Assembly (NCBI GenBank): GCA_963715195.1
Contig: CAVQRT010000007.1
Span: forward strand, 32,001 to 96,000
Direction: 5' to 3'
From: Thermodesulfovibrionales bacterium
Lineage (GTDB): Bacteria; Nitrospirota; Thermodesulfovibrionia; Thermodesulfovibrionales; SM23-35
DNA: 64,000 nucleotides
The notes below the pieces were generated by a model. It saw nothing but the letters and a program-made list of their open reading frames with translations. It was not told the DNA's origin and ran no database searches. The translations under genes were made by a program, and so were the position numbers. Positions 21,110 through 30,278 of this stretch are shown here, in pieces. Positions within the stretch are counted from its first letter, which is position 1. Each line of letters opens with the position of its first letter.

Positions 21110-23140
21110 GTGAACCAGATAAAAACTGATTATATTTTTGTAAAACCGGGGATGTCTCCCGGAGAGATCGTTCAGGCGGTCCGATCGCTGAACGGTGTCT
21201 GCTTTACCTCTGTGGGAATGCGTGATGCAGGCCAGTCTGATTATAAAAACAGACACCGCATTCATGACCTCGCAACCCTTGCACCGTATTACAACAGGAT
21301 GGGGCTCTTCAGTTCGGAATGTCACGGCGGTGCCCGATGGCATGTCGGGGTCATGAACAGGCGGGAAAGTCCTTTTGAAGAGATAGAAATACTCAGGCAG
21401 CAGATGCCGGATGTTCTTCTTCAGACTCTCATCCGTGAGACGAATATGTGGGGATACCGGCCGTACCCCAGGAATGTGATTGAATATGTTGTTTCTCAGG
21501 TTGATATCGATGTCTGGCGATGTTTTTCTTTTCTGAATGATGTGAGAAACATGCGTACCGTTGCGGAAGTTATCATGAAGCGCGGTAAGCTCTTTCAGCC
21601 GGCGATATCCTTTACCATGGCGGACTGGGCAACAAACGCCTATTACCTTGATGTGGTAAAGGAGATTGTCGATCTTTGCAGCGGGACCAACGAAATAATC
21701 TTCTGTGTAAAGGATATGGCGGGGGTCGGCAGCATCAACCGGGTCAGTAGCCTGATCGACGCGATAAAGCAGAAGTATCCGGAACTGGTCGTGCATTATC
21801 ACAGGCACATTACCGACGGGCTGGCGATGCCGGCGATGCTCGCAGCTGCAAAGGCGGGAGCAAAAATATTTGATGTGGAAGAGGATTCGCTTGTCCGGTT
21901 TTACGGTCATTCACCGATACTTGGCGTGCACGCTTATTTCGAGGATGCCGGGATACCGGTAAACCTGAACAGATCCGAGGCTGAAGCGGCAGTCCGGAAA
22001 GTGCGGGAGTGGATTAATTTCTACGAGTGGGCTGAATCGCCTTTCAAGGGATTCGACCACACCGTTATTGTTCACAAGATGCCTGGAGGCGCATTCCCGA
22101 GCTCGTTTGAACAGGCCGAAAAGGGAGGTTTCCTCCACTATATGCCTGCTATTCTAAAGGTGATGTCCCTGTATAACAAAATCATCCATTATTTCGATGT
22201 GACGCCAGGATCACAGATTACCTGGGTTACCTGCAGCGGAATCGTGAATAAATACGCGAAAGCCAAGGGCGAGGCCGGAGTCAGGCATCTGATCAGACTC
22301 CTGACGAAATTCATCGACGAAAAGCATCTGGATTTTGAATCGATGGACAATGATGAACAGGAAGAACTGCTCGGGTTCTTCCGGAATGCGCCGGGTGATT
22401 TCAGGAATCTCATCCTCGGCCATTATGGGAAACTCCCCATGGGATGGCCCCCGGACTGGGTTTACAGGAGTACCTTTGGCGATGAGTGGGAGAAGAAGAT
22501 CGGAGAACGCACCGAACTCTCTCCGCTTGATTCGATTCAGGATGACGACCTGGATAAACTCCGTCAGGAACTCATCACGTTTCTCGGAAGAAATCCAACG
22601 GAAGAAGAATTTATTCTCTTCCTCATGCATCCGAAAGATGCTCTGAATATGATCGAATTCCGGGAGAAATACGGTGAGGCGCCGCTTGTTCTCCCAACCA
22701 GTGTCTGGAGGGAGGGACTGAAAAAGCCCGGAGACAAAGTTGATTTCGAGCTCTGGGGGAAACCCTACAGCATCGAACTCGTCTCTGTGGGAGCGGAGCA
22801 TGAGGGACTGGTTCACGTCGTCATGCGTGTCAACAATAAGACCAGGGTGTATTCTGTTGAGACACCGAGAGCAAAGAAAGTTGAAATCAGAATGGCAAAA
22901 ACGGCTAATGAAATCGGGGCGCCGATCAATGGCAACATCTGGAGGATCGGCAATCCCGAGCGGGGCGCTCTGAAGGTCGGCGATATCGTTCACAAGGATG
23001 AGGAGATTGCAAATCTTGAAGCGATGAAGATGGAAAACGCAATTGTAGCTCCATTCGATGCCCAGATAACAGAAATCTGCGTTAAACTAAACAGCTTCGT
23101 TATTGAAGGCCAGCTCCTCTTTGTTCTCGAAAAGACGTAA
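21110..23140 (+). CDS. pycB: Carboxyltransferase + biotin-carrier subunit of a pyruvate-carboxylase-like enzyme
   Basis: RDAGQS, KDMAG, HYHRH, MPGG, VTPGSQ, EAMKMEN biotinylation motif; GTG start 7 nt after the pycA stop. Confidence 0.8.
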   Translation: MNQIKTDYIFVKPGMSPGEIVQAVRSLNGVCFTSVGMRDAGQSDYKNRHRIHDLATLAPYYNRMGLFSSECHGGARWHVGVMNRRESPFEEIEILRQQMPDVLLQTLIRETNMWGYRPYPRNVIEYVVSQVDIDVWRCFSFLNDVRNMRTVAEVIMKRGKLFQPAISFTMADWATNAYYLDVVKEIVDLCSGTNEIIFCVKDMAGVGSINRVSSLIDAIKQKYPELVVHYHRHITDGLAMPAMLAAAKAGAKIFDVEEDSLVRFYGHSPILGVHAYFEDAGIPVNLNRSEAEAAVRKVREWINFYEWAESPFKGFDHTVIVHKMPGGAFPSSFEQAEKGGFLHYMPAILKVMSLYNKIIHYFDVTPGSQITWVTCSGIVNKYAKAKGEAGVRHLIRLLTKFIDEKHLDFESMDNDEQEELLGFFRNAPGDFRNLILGHYGKLPMGWPPDWVYRSTFGDEWEKKIGERTELSPLDSIQDDDLDKLRQELITFLGRNPTEEEFILFLMHPKDALNMIEFREKYGEAPLVLPTSVWREGLKKPGDKVDFELWGKPYSIELVSVGAEHEGLVHVVMRVNNKTRVYSVETPRAKKVEIRMAKTANEIGAPINGNIWRIGNPERGALKVGDIVHKDEEIANLEAMKMENAIVAPFDAQITEICVKLNSFVIEGQLLFVLEKT

Positions 23141-23194
23141 TCCTTTGCACAAGAATACCTTGCCATAGCAGACCATATGTAAAAACCTCGTATG

Positions 23195-23297
23195 TTTCAA
23201 TCCCGCTTGCCGGGACCTTTTTTTATTAGTGAAGAAGGATTTCTCTCCTTGATCTGCATGACTGCGGACCTGAGGCGACCGGCAAAGCGAGAATGAC
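23195..23297. repeat. ~100-bp REP/MITE-like element, copy A; left hairpin doubles as a probable pycB terminator
   Basis: tcccgcttgccggga hairpin plus T-tract; right part aagaaggat..tctgcatgactgcggacctga..gaatgac aligns with 38823-38924. Confidence 0.65.
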
Positions 23298-23363
23298 TGA
23301 ACTGAAGATATTTATACTATTGAAGTTCTTGAATATATTGAGGATAATGATTTTGGATCCATT

Positions 23364-26123
23364 ATGAACTGGCATCAGAAGAACCTTGAAGAAGTATTTC
23401 ACGAACTGCAATCATCTCCTCAGGGAATTACTGAGCAAGAGGCCCGTTTACGCCTGCAACGCTTCGGTCCCAATGTCCTGAAGGAAAAAAAGAAAAAAAC
23501 ACTCTTCATGATATTCCTTGACCAGTTCAGGGACTTCATGATACTCGTTCTCATCGGCGCTGCAGTCATATCAGGGATTATCGGTGAGCTGTCCGACACA
23601 ATCGCGATTATCGTGATTGTGTCCCTCAATGCTGTTATAGGATTCATCCAGGAGTACAGGGCTGAAAAAGCAATGGCTGCGCTCAAGAAAATGGCCGCAC
23701 CCTATGCGACAGTCATACGTCAGGGGAGGCCGGGTGATATCGTGTCGTCCGGACTCGTTCCCGGAGACATGATTCTGCTCGAGGCGGGGAATATTGTTCC
23801 AGCCGACATACGATTGACAGAAGTTGCACAGCTCAAGCTTGAAGAGGCTGCGCTGACAGGTGAGTCTGTCTCTGTAGAAAAAAATACCGGAATCCTCACT
23901 GAAGGAGAAATTCCCCTCGGGGACAGAAGAAACATGGTGTATAAAGGCACGATGGTTTCGTATGGAAGGGGGGGAGGCATTGTTGTTTCGACCGGGATGA
24001 ATACGGAGATCGGAAAAATTGCCACGATGCTCCAGGAAGAAGAGGAGGTCAGGACACCACTCCAGAAAAGACTTGCTGCATTCGGAAAAAGACTTGCCGT
24101 CGCTGTTATTGCAATCTGCGCAATAATTTTCGGGATAGGGATAATGCGCGGTGAACCGCCTCTTCTCATGCTGCTTACCGCGATATCACTTGCAGTTGCA
24201 GCAATTCCGGAAGCGCTTCCGGCGGTTGTAACCATATCACTCGCAATAGGTGCGAAGAAGATGGTTAAACAGCATGCCCTGATCCGGAAGCTTCCTGCAG
24301 TTGAAACCCTCGGTTCTGTTACCTATATATGCTCCGATAAGACCGGTACGCTGACACAGAATAAAATGACGGTGACAGAGATTTATATAGACGGGAAAAC
24401 AATTAAGGATTCAAGGATTCTCGCCTCGGCGAGTCGCGTGGGGCAACAAGGATTGGAGGGTCCAAGTGTATATGAGACAGGCCCGTTTGTTATGAATCCG
24501 TATAGCTCGATCATGACAGCGATGGCATTGAACAATGATGTCATGCTGGTCAAGGAAGGAGGGGTCATTGGTGATCCAACAGAAGTCGCCCTCTTCACCG
24601 CAGCAAAAGACGCGGATTTCGATAAGGAAACGATGATCAAAGCGTTTCCGCGGGTGGCAGAGATACCTTTTGACTCTGAACGGAAATGCATGACGACGAT
24701 TCATGAGGATTCAGGGATTCGAGGATCCCTGGAATCAGGAGGTCAATTCAATAATAGTAATGCTTCCTTACCATCTTTTAGTAAAAGCGGGGAGGGGGGG
24801 GTTGTCATTTTTACAAAGGGTGCTATTGATGCTCTCCTGAGCAAGGCTTCTGGTGTTTTGACGGCAGATGGCAGGAAGCCGGTCGATGTTCAGGAGATTA
24901 TGGCGATCAACGACAGAATGGCATCTGAAGGCCTGAGGATCATCGGATTTGCCATGAGAGAGCTTGCAACGCTTCCGGAGAATATTACTCCCGAATCGGT
25001 CGAGACAGACTTAACGATTATAGGGCTTGTGGGCATGATGGATCCACCCCGCGAAGAGGCGAGGGAATCCGTGGCATCATGCAAGACGGCCGGAATACGT
25101 CCTGTGATGATTACCGGTGATCATCCGATTACGGCACGGGCAATAGCAAAAAGTCTTGGAATTCTCGAGGATGGTTCGAAGTCGATAATGACGGGAAGAA
25201 AGCTTCAGGAACTTTCCATGGATGAATTTGAGGAAAGGGTAGAAAAAATACGGGTATACGCCCGCGTATCGCCAGACCAAAAACTGAAGATCATCAAGGC
25301 CCTGCAGGATAAAGGACAGTTTGTTGCCATGACCGGTGACGGCGTCAATGACGCGCCTGCCCTCAAGAGGGCGAATATCGGCGTTGCGATGGGGATTACC
25401 GGTACTGATGTTGCCAAGGAAGCATCACATATGATACTGCTCGACGATAATTTTGCTACGATCGTCCGCGCTGTGAACGGGGGCAGGCGTATCTTTGACA
25501 ATATCCGCAAATTTATCCGCTACACGATGACGAGCAATTCCGGAGAGATCTGGACTATTTTTCTTGCTCCCTTTTTTGGCCTGCCGATTCCGCTTCTGCC
25601 CATCCATATTCTGTGGATCAATCTTGTGACAGACGGCTTGCCCGGACTAGCTCTCGCTGCTGAACCTGCCGAAAAAAATATCATGAAGCGACCACCCCGT
25701 GATCCGCAGGAGAATATTTTTACCGGCATGTGGCCCCAGATTCTCTGGGTTGGACTTCTCATGGGTGTCGTGTCGATTTTCACGCAGGCATGGGCGATCA
25801 AATCGAATATCGGCCACTGGCAGACCATGGTATTTACGGTATTGTGTTTAAGCCAGATGGGAAATGTCCTTGCAATTCGTTCAGAGACGGAATCATTCTT
25901 CTCGCAGGGATTGGTTTCGAACAAACCGCTTGTCGGTGCTTTCCTGCTGACCGTCATGCTGCAAATGGCAACGGTCTATGTGCCGTTCCTGAACCCGATA
26001 TTCAAAACCCAGCCGCTGAACGTTTATGAACTGGTGATAACTCTTGGCTTATCATCGATCGTTTTCATTGCGGTCGAGGCAGAGAAGATGCTGAAGAGGC
26101 GGAAAAGCCGAAGTAACCTCTGA
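23364..26123 (+). CDS. Cation (Ca2+-type, P2A) transporting P-type ATPase
   Basis: TGES, AIPEAL, DKTGTLT, PFDSERK, KGA, TGD, GDGVNDAPAL, WINLVTDG. Confidence 0.95.
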   Translation: MNWHQKNLEEVFHELQSSPQGITEQEARLRLQRFGPNVLKEKKKKTLFMIFLDQFRDFMILVLIGAAVISGIIGELSDTIAIIVIVSLNAVIGFIQEYRAEKAMAALKKMAAPYATVIRQGRPGDIVSSGLVPGDMILLEAGNIVPADIRLTEVAQLKLEEAALTGESVSVEKNTGILTEGEIPLGDRRNMVYKGTMVSYGRGGGIVVSTGMNTEIGKIATMLQEEEEVRTPLQKRLAAFGKRLAVAVIAICAIIFGIGIMRGEPPLLMLLTAISLAVAAIPEALPAVVTISLAIGAKKMVKQHALIRKLPAVETLGSVTYICSDKTGTLTQNKMTVTEIYIDGKTIKDSRILASASRVGQQGLEGPSVYETGPFVMNPYSSIMTAMALNNDVMLVKEGGVIGDPTEVALFTAAKDADFDKETMIKAFPRVAEIPFDSERKCMTTIHEDSGIRGSLESGGQFNNSNASLPSFSKSGEGGVVIFTKGAIDALLSKASGVLTADGRKPVDVQEIMAINDRMASEGLRIIGFAMRELATLPENITPESVETDLTIIGLVGMMDPPREEARESVASCKTAGIRPVMITGDHPITARAIAKSLGILEDGSKSIMTGRKLQELSMDEFEERVEKIRVYARVSPDQKLKIIKALQDKGQFVAMTGDGVNDAPALKRANIGVAMGITGTDVAKEASHMILLDDNFATIVRAVNGGRRIFDNIRKFIRYTMTSNSGEIWTIFLAPFFGLPIPLLPIHILWINLVTDGLPGLALAAEPAEKNIMKRPPRDPQENIFTGMWPQILWVGLLMGVVSIFTQAWAIKSNIGHWQTMVFTVLCLSQMGNVLAIRSETESFFSQGLVSNKPLVGAFLLTVMLQMATVYVPFLNPIFKTQPLNVYELVITLGLSSIVFIAVEAEKMLKRRKSRSNL

Positions 26124-26134
26124 TGAAAAAGCTT

Positions 26135-26181
26135 GTCTTCACGGCGAGTCGCCTGGGGCGAGACGCCTTCGCGGGAATGAC
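26135..26181. repeat. ~30-bp palindrome joined to a REP-type half element ending GCGGGAATGAC
   Basis: gtcttcacggcgagtcgcctggggcgagac followed by gccttcgcgggaatgac; core matches 24421-24445 inside the ATPase gene. Confidence 0.6.
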
Positions 26182-26334
26182 AGCCTTTTCAGGAAACCTT
26201 ACTGAGTGGACAGACTCTGTCAAAGTTCTGAAAAGTGAATTTACCTGTATCGGAGAGATCTCATTTTCTCACCGATTGCCATTAGGGGATTATCATTCAC
26301 GTTTGGGTGACAGTTGCCGCCGGTTAATGATTCA

Positions 26335-27432
26335 ATGAAAAAGCTCGAAGGGATACACGGCCTCCGAGGATGTGGGGCAATATTCGTAGTCCTCTTTCAT
26401 CTGCGAGCAATACCCAAAATTGTTCTTCCCGCTCCCTTGATGGGGATTGTGGAGCATTTTTACCTGAGTGTTTTATTTTTTTTCGTATTGAGCGCGTTTA
26501 CACTTTGCCACTCTGATCGCCTTGCCCCATCAACATACACAGCATACATGACACGGAGATTCTTTCGCGTAGCACCGTTGTTTTATATAATGGTTGCCTG
26601 GCAATTATACCGCACTGGCATTCCTGAAGCTTATGCTCTTTTGGCCAATGTGACATTTACGTTCAATCTGATTCCAGGGTTGGAACCCAGTCTTGTGTGG
26701 GCAGGATGGGCAGTTGGAGTGGAGATGCTCTTTTATGTCATACTTCCTGCGATTATTTTTGTATGTCGTGGACCTTGGACCTCGATCCTGGGATACGGTA
26801 CCGCAATGATATGTAGTATTGTTCTGTGGAAATTGTTTGAATCAAATCCGAACTTACCAGAGCACTACGCTTACTATTTTATCGGATCGAACCTAGCAAT
26901 TTTCTTGGCAGGAATTTTTGCGTATCGAGTTTTCGTGGTCATCACTAACAGGAAATCACGATGGTATAAACTGTTGTTGCCGATTGTCTGCGTGCCCACG
27001 ATAGTGGCAGTCTATTTGGATCCGATAAATCTGCATTACCGCGCCAGTGGTGCTTACTTTGCTTTTTGGGGAATGGCGTTCGCTTTGCTTGTCCTGTGGC
27101 AGGCGGCATTCCCATCGAGAATCATGCGAACCAAAGCTTTCCAATGGCTTGGTGATAGAAGCTATAGCATTTATCTCTTTCATCCGATTGTTATTGTGTT
27201 GAGCCGCCCACTCTATTCAGCAATTGAACGTAATGCGGGACTTAGCGGTGGTTCTCTCTTTCTCGCCTGTGCTGTGTTGACATTTCCTGTATTGTTTGTT
27301 ACGGCAGAAATGTCATACCGCCTTGTCGAGGTTCCGGGTATTCGACTCGGAAGAAAGATCGCAAGGAAGTTCGATAAAAATAGGCAGCAAAGGCGCACTG
27401 AAGTCTACCCAGGGACATTTTCTGCGCAATGA
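26335..27432 (+). CDS. Acyltransferase family 3 (OafA-like) membrane O-acyltransferase
   Basis: HGLRGCGAIFVVLFH, FFVLSAF, RRFFRVAPL, WAVGVEMLFY, LGDRSYSIYLFH, SYRLVEVP. Confidence 0.9.
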   Translation: MKKLEGIHGLRGCGAIFVVLFHLRAIPKIVLPAPLMGIVEHFYLSVLFFFVLSAFTLCHSDRLAPSTYTAYMTRRFFRVAPLFYIMVAWQLYRTGIPEAYALLANVTFTFNLIPGLEPSLVWAGWAVGVEMLFYVILPAIIFVCRGPWTSILGYGTAMICSIVLWKLFESNPNLPEHYAYYFIGSNLAIFLAGIFAYRVFVVITNRKSRWYKLLLPIVCVPTIVAVYLDPINLHYRASGAYFAFWGMAFALLVLWQAAFPSRIMRTKAFQWLGDRSYSIYLFHPIVIVLSRPLYSAIERNAGLSGGSLFLACAVLTFPVLFVTAEMSYRLVEVPGIRLGRKIARKFDKNRQQRRTEVYPGTFSAQ

Positions 27433-27818
27433 ATCAGAGGAACCTGCTATCGGTGCTACAGGGTATTTGATTCGGGTGAAGCAAATACGTTAAAGGCGTC
27501 TGATGAACCGCTCTTGCGGGTGAACATGTGGGCACCGAGTCCCGCGCTCTATCCCTTAAACGCATCCGTCATTGAATGATTTCAAATGAAATCCTTATAA
27601 GGCCTCTGTTTCTTTTATGACTTTTCATTCAGTTTACCGTTGCTGAGCGTGCACCCAGACAATACATTATAGAATTATTCAGAGGCAGTACAAGTCATTC
27701 TTTTTGATGTGATGTGCATAAAATCATAATGTATTTATATCGGACCGTCATTTTATCTGTTACAATGATTGTCGAGACATTCGAAAAATGGAGATGAATA
27801 TGGAAGGAACCTTTTGAT

Positions 27819-28055
27819 ATGCTCGTGCTGCGCTGTGCCGCATGCCGCAGAAAACTCTGGCGGTATGACAAAGTTGGAAAGGGGGAACTGTTGAGATGCC
27901 ACAAGGAAAGGATCGTTAGAGACTATGGCCACTGTTCGGCAGACGGAAACAGAATCAATTGCTTATGCGGCAACAGCGTCGGCATCGATAAGGGCGGTTA
28001 CTATAAGATGATCGACCGGGCGTTTATATATGCTGGTACGAAAAGGAATGCCTGA
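27819..28055 (+). CDS. Small Cys-rich hypothetical protein (possible Zn ribbon)
   Basis: CAACRRKLWRYDKVGKGELLRCHKERI...NCLCG; GGAAGGA upstream. Confidence 0.7.
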   Translation: MLVLRCAACRRKLWRYDKVGKGELLRCHKERIVRDYGHCSADGNRINCLCGNSVGIDKGGYYKMIDRAFIYAGTKRNA

Positions 28056-28130
28056 CATATCGATTCAAAAGCAACGGTGAAAGACATATGAAGACTGTTG
28101 TTCAGTCAGTCATCATCAGCAATAAATCTG

Positions 28131-29501
28131 TTAGGGCTGCTCTCTCTCGTCCGACTGAGGGATGATGAAGAAGAAGTTGTTCCCGTACTGTGTAGGTTCA
28201 TAACCAACAATTCCGCCATGGATTTCGACAGCATTCTTTATGAAGGTCAGGCCGTGTCCGGTACCCGGTCTTCCCAACGCATCTTTTGCGCGATACCCCT
28301 CCTCGAAAATATTCCTTTGCTCATCATGAGGAATATGAGGTCCGGTGCTGAATATATTGTACTTAAATCCATCCCTGCCCTGCCCAAAAAAATCTTTCAG
28401 CTGTTCCCGGCCGTAAGATATATACTTCTTGCGTTCTTCGGAATCGGTTATGATTTCCTGGGTATATTTAAGAGCGTTCGAAAAAAAGTTAGCGTAGACC
28501 TGGGCGATCAATCCAACGTCCACAACACTGATAATGTCTTCATCCGGGATCCCGCTTAAGCGATCGTCTATGGCGATTCCCGCCTTCTGAAAGCGCTCCA
28601 AATACCGTTCCAGCTGAGGTTGAACGACATCCTTTTTCATATGACATGACTTTGTGCGAAGGGTAAGCTTTCCGTGGTCGAAGTGATCTCTCCTGAACAG
28701 GGTTTCAAGAAACAGGCTCATGTTCTTGTAGTGTTTTTCGATATTTTCCAGTTCTTCGGTCAGCCCCATATTGACTTCCTTCATTTCCTTCAGAAGCTCT
28801 TTCACTGCGATTTCAAGTGCCGGTGTGCATATGCTCTCCTGAGCGAGAAGGCTCTCTATTTCTATATTTTTTGAAACCTTCCCTTTCAGTCTTCTCAGAA
28901 ACAGCTTGTAGATTATATTCGGGACGATGACGTTATGCTCGATGTCGGCAACGAGTGTACGGATGAACTTCAGGTGTTCAACATTTTTTTCTGCGAGAAA
29001 TTTATTGTGGAGGTTGAACCCAATACGGTTGGCATATTTCTCAAAAAACAGTTCGGCGTGTTCATTGCGGGCTGTGACAGGAAATACTTCCAGGAACCCC
29101 AGGACATTGTCCTGGGTATGAAACGGCAACGGCAACTGTTCAACAAGGATTTTTTTTCCGCGGATTGGCAATATAAGGCTTCCATTCGCATAATAGGGAA
29201 CTTCAGCAGACTCTTCGCTTTCCGGTGAGGGAAGACTTACATTTTTGTTTCCGTTATCAGTTCTTGTGATGAGTTGCAGAGTGTTTGACTGAAAATCCCT
29301 GAGATACAGGCGGGCACCAAAGTTAAAAAAGCTCCTGGGAATGGCGATACAGAGATGATAGTAATCATCCATATCATCAAACTCCTGGGCAAGGTCAAAA
29401 AAGGTCATCAACGCGCTATATTCCATGTGAGAGAGGTCATAGCGCTCGTAGTCCTGTTTCTTTACTTCTATCCTGTCAAATATCTTCTTAAGTGTGGTCA
29501 T
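28131..29501 (-). CDS. Cytoplasmic sensor histidine kinase (GAF-like + HATPase), orphan
   Basis: ADIEHN H-box, NFFSNALKY N-box, IFEEGY, GTGHGL G2; no obvious TM helix. Confidence 0.85.
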   Translation of the reverse strand: MTTLKKIFDRIEVKKQDYERYDLSHMEYSALMTFFDLAQEFDDMDDYYHLCIAIPRSFFNFGARLYLRDFQSNTLQLITRTDNGNKNVSLPSPESEESAEVPYYANGSLILPIRGKKILVEQLPLPFHTQDNVLGFLEVFPVTARNEHAELFFEKYANRIGFNLHNKFLAEKNVEHLKFIRTLVADIEHNVIVPNIIYKLFLRRLKGKVSKNIEIESLLAQESICTPALEIAVKELLKEMKEVNMGLTEELENIEKHYKNMSLFLETLFRRDHFDHGKLTLRTKSCHMKKDVVQPQLERYLERFQKAGIAIDDRLSGIPDEDIISVVDVGLIAQVYANFFSNALKYTQEIITDSEERKKYISYGREQLKDFFGQGRDGFKYNIFSTGPHIPHDEQRNIFEEGYRAKDALGRPGTGHGLTFIKNAVEIHGGIVGYEPTQYGNNFFFIIPQSDEREQP

Positions 29502-29562
29502 TGTATCGCTGTCACGAATAAATCAGTAGCATCCACAAGGTTGTGCTGAGCTCCTGTGATGT

Positions 29563-30183
29563 TCACTCGATAATTAAATCCTGTATGGTAAGCCTCTTCC
29601 GTGGCGGTGGGGATTCGTCGGGATATCCGATCGGAAGCAGTGCAACAACAAACAAGTTATCGTCCCATCCAAAGATCTCTCTAACCTTCTGCTCGTCAAT
29701 AAGCCTGACCCAGCATGTGCCCAAGCCGAAATCCAGGGCTCTGAGGGCGATATGCTCAACAGCGATGGCAACATTGAATGCCATCCGTGCACCAAGCTGT
29801 TCCTTGCTCATGAGTTTCATCTGGGTTTCCATCTGGCCGGTTCTCCTGAGAAGGATTTTTACAATCCTGTCGTCGATCGCCCCTGTTTGTCCGAGATCCT
29901 GAACCCCCGAAGCGGTCCCCTGAAGATACCCCCGCACATCCGCGCAGCACACGAGAACAACCGATGCCTGTGAAATGAAAGATTGTTCATATGCAGCGTG
30001 TGCGAGTTTCCCTTTTGTGTCATCGTCCCTCACTACCTTGAAGCGCCAGGGCTGGGCATTACAGCCTGACGGAGCTAACCTTGCAGCATCGAGCAGGGCG
30101 GTAATATGTTCATCCGGGACAGGATCCGGCTTAAATTTCCGGATGCTCCGTCTTTTTTCGATCGCCTCTTTTGTGGTGAACAT
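29563..30183 (-). CDS. Nitroreductase family protein
   Basis: RRSIRKF, APSGCNAQPWRF, GLGTCWV, PIGYP. Confidence 0.93.
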   Translation of the reverse strand: MFTTKEAIEKRRSIRKFKPDPVPDEHITALLDAARLAPSGCNAQPWRFKVVRDDDTKGKLAHAAYEQSFISQASVVLVCCADVRGYLQGTASGVQDLGQTGAIDDRIVKILLRRTGQMETQMKLMSKEQLGARMAFNVAIAVEHIALRALDFGLGTCWVRLIDEQKVREIFGWDDNLFVVALLPIGYPDESPPPRKRLTIQDLIIE

Positions 30184-30223
30184 GGATTTGTCGGACTACG
30201 GAGTATTATAACTAAAGATATGA

Positions 30224-30274
30224 ACAATAGGTAAAACAGGGGATCGTATATGTTTCCCCTGTTTTACCTATTGT
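30224..30274 (-). terminator. Perfect 20-bp stem hairpin just downstream of ctpA
   Basis: acaataggtaaaacagggga (30224-30243) is the exact reverse complement of tcccctgttttacctattgt (30255-30274); 11-nt loop. Confidence 0.7.
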
Positions 30275-30278
30275 CTGC

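Noticed and set aside
23141..23363. yybP-ykoY riboswitch upstream of the P-type ATPase
   Set aside because: Conserved motifs were not seen; the region is explained by the repeat element.
26123..26338. 71-aa ORF after the ATPase
   Set aside because: It spans repeat DNA and has no recognisable features.
27433..27500. Integron attC site after the acyltransferase
   Set aside because: No convincing RYYYAAC/GTTRRRY pair or palindrome; no integrase.
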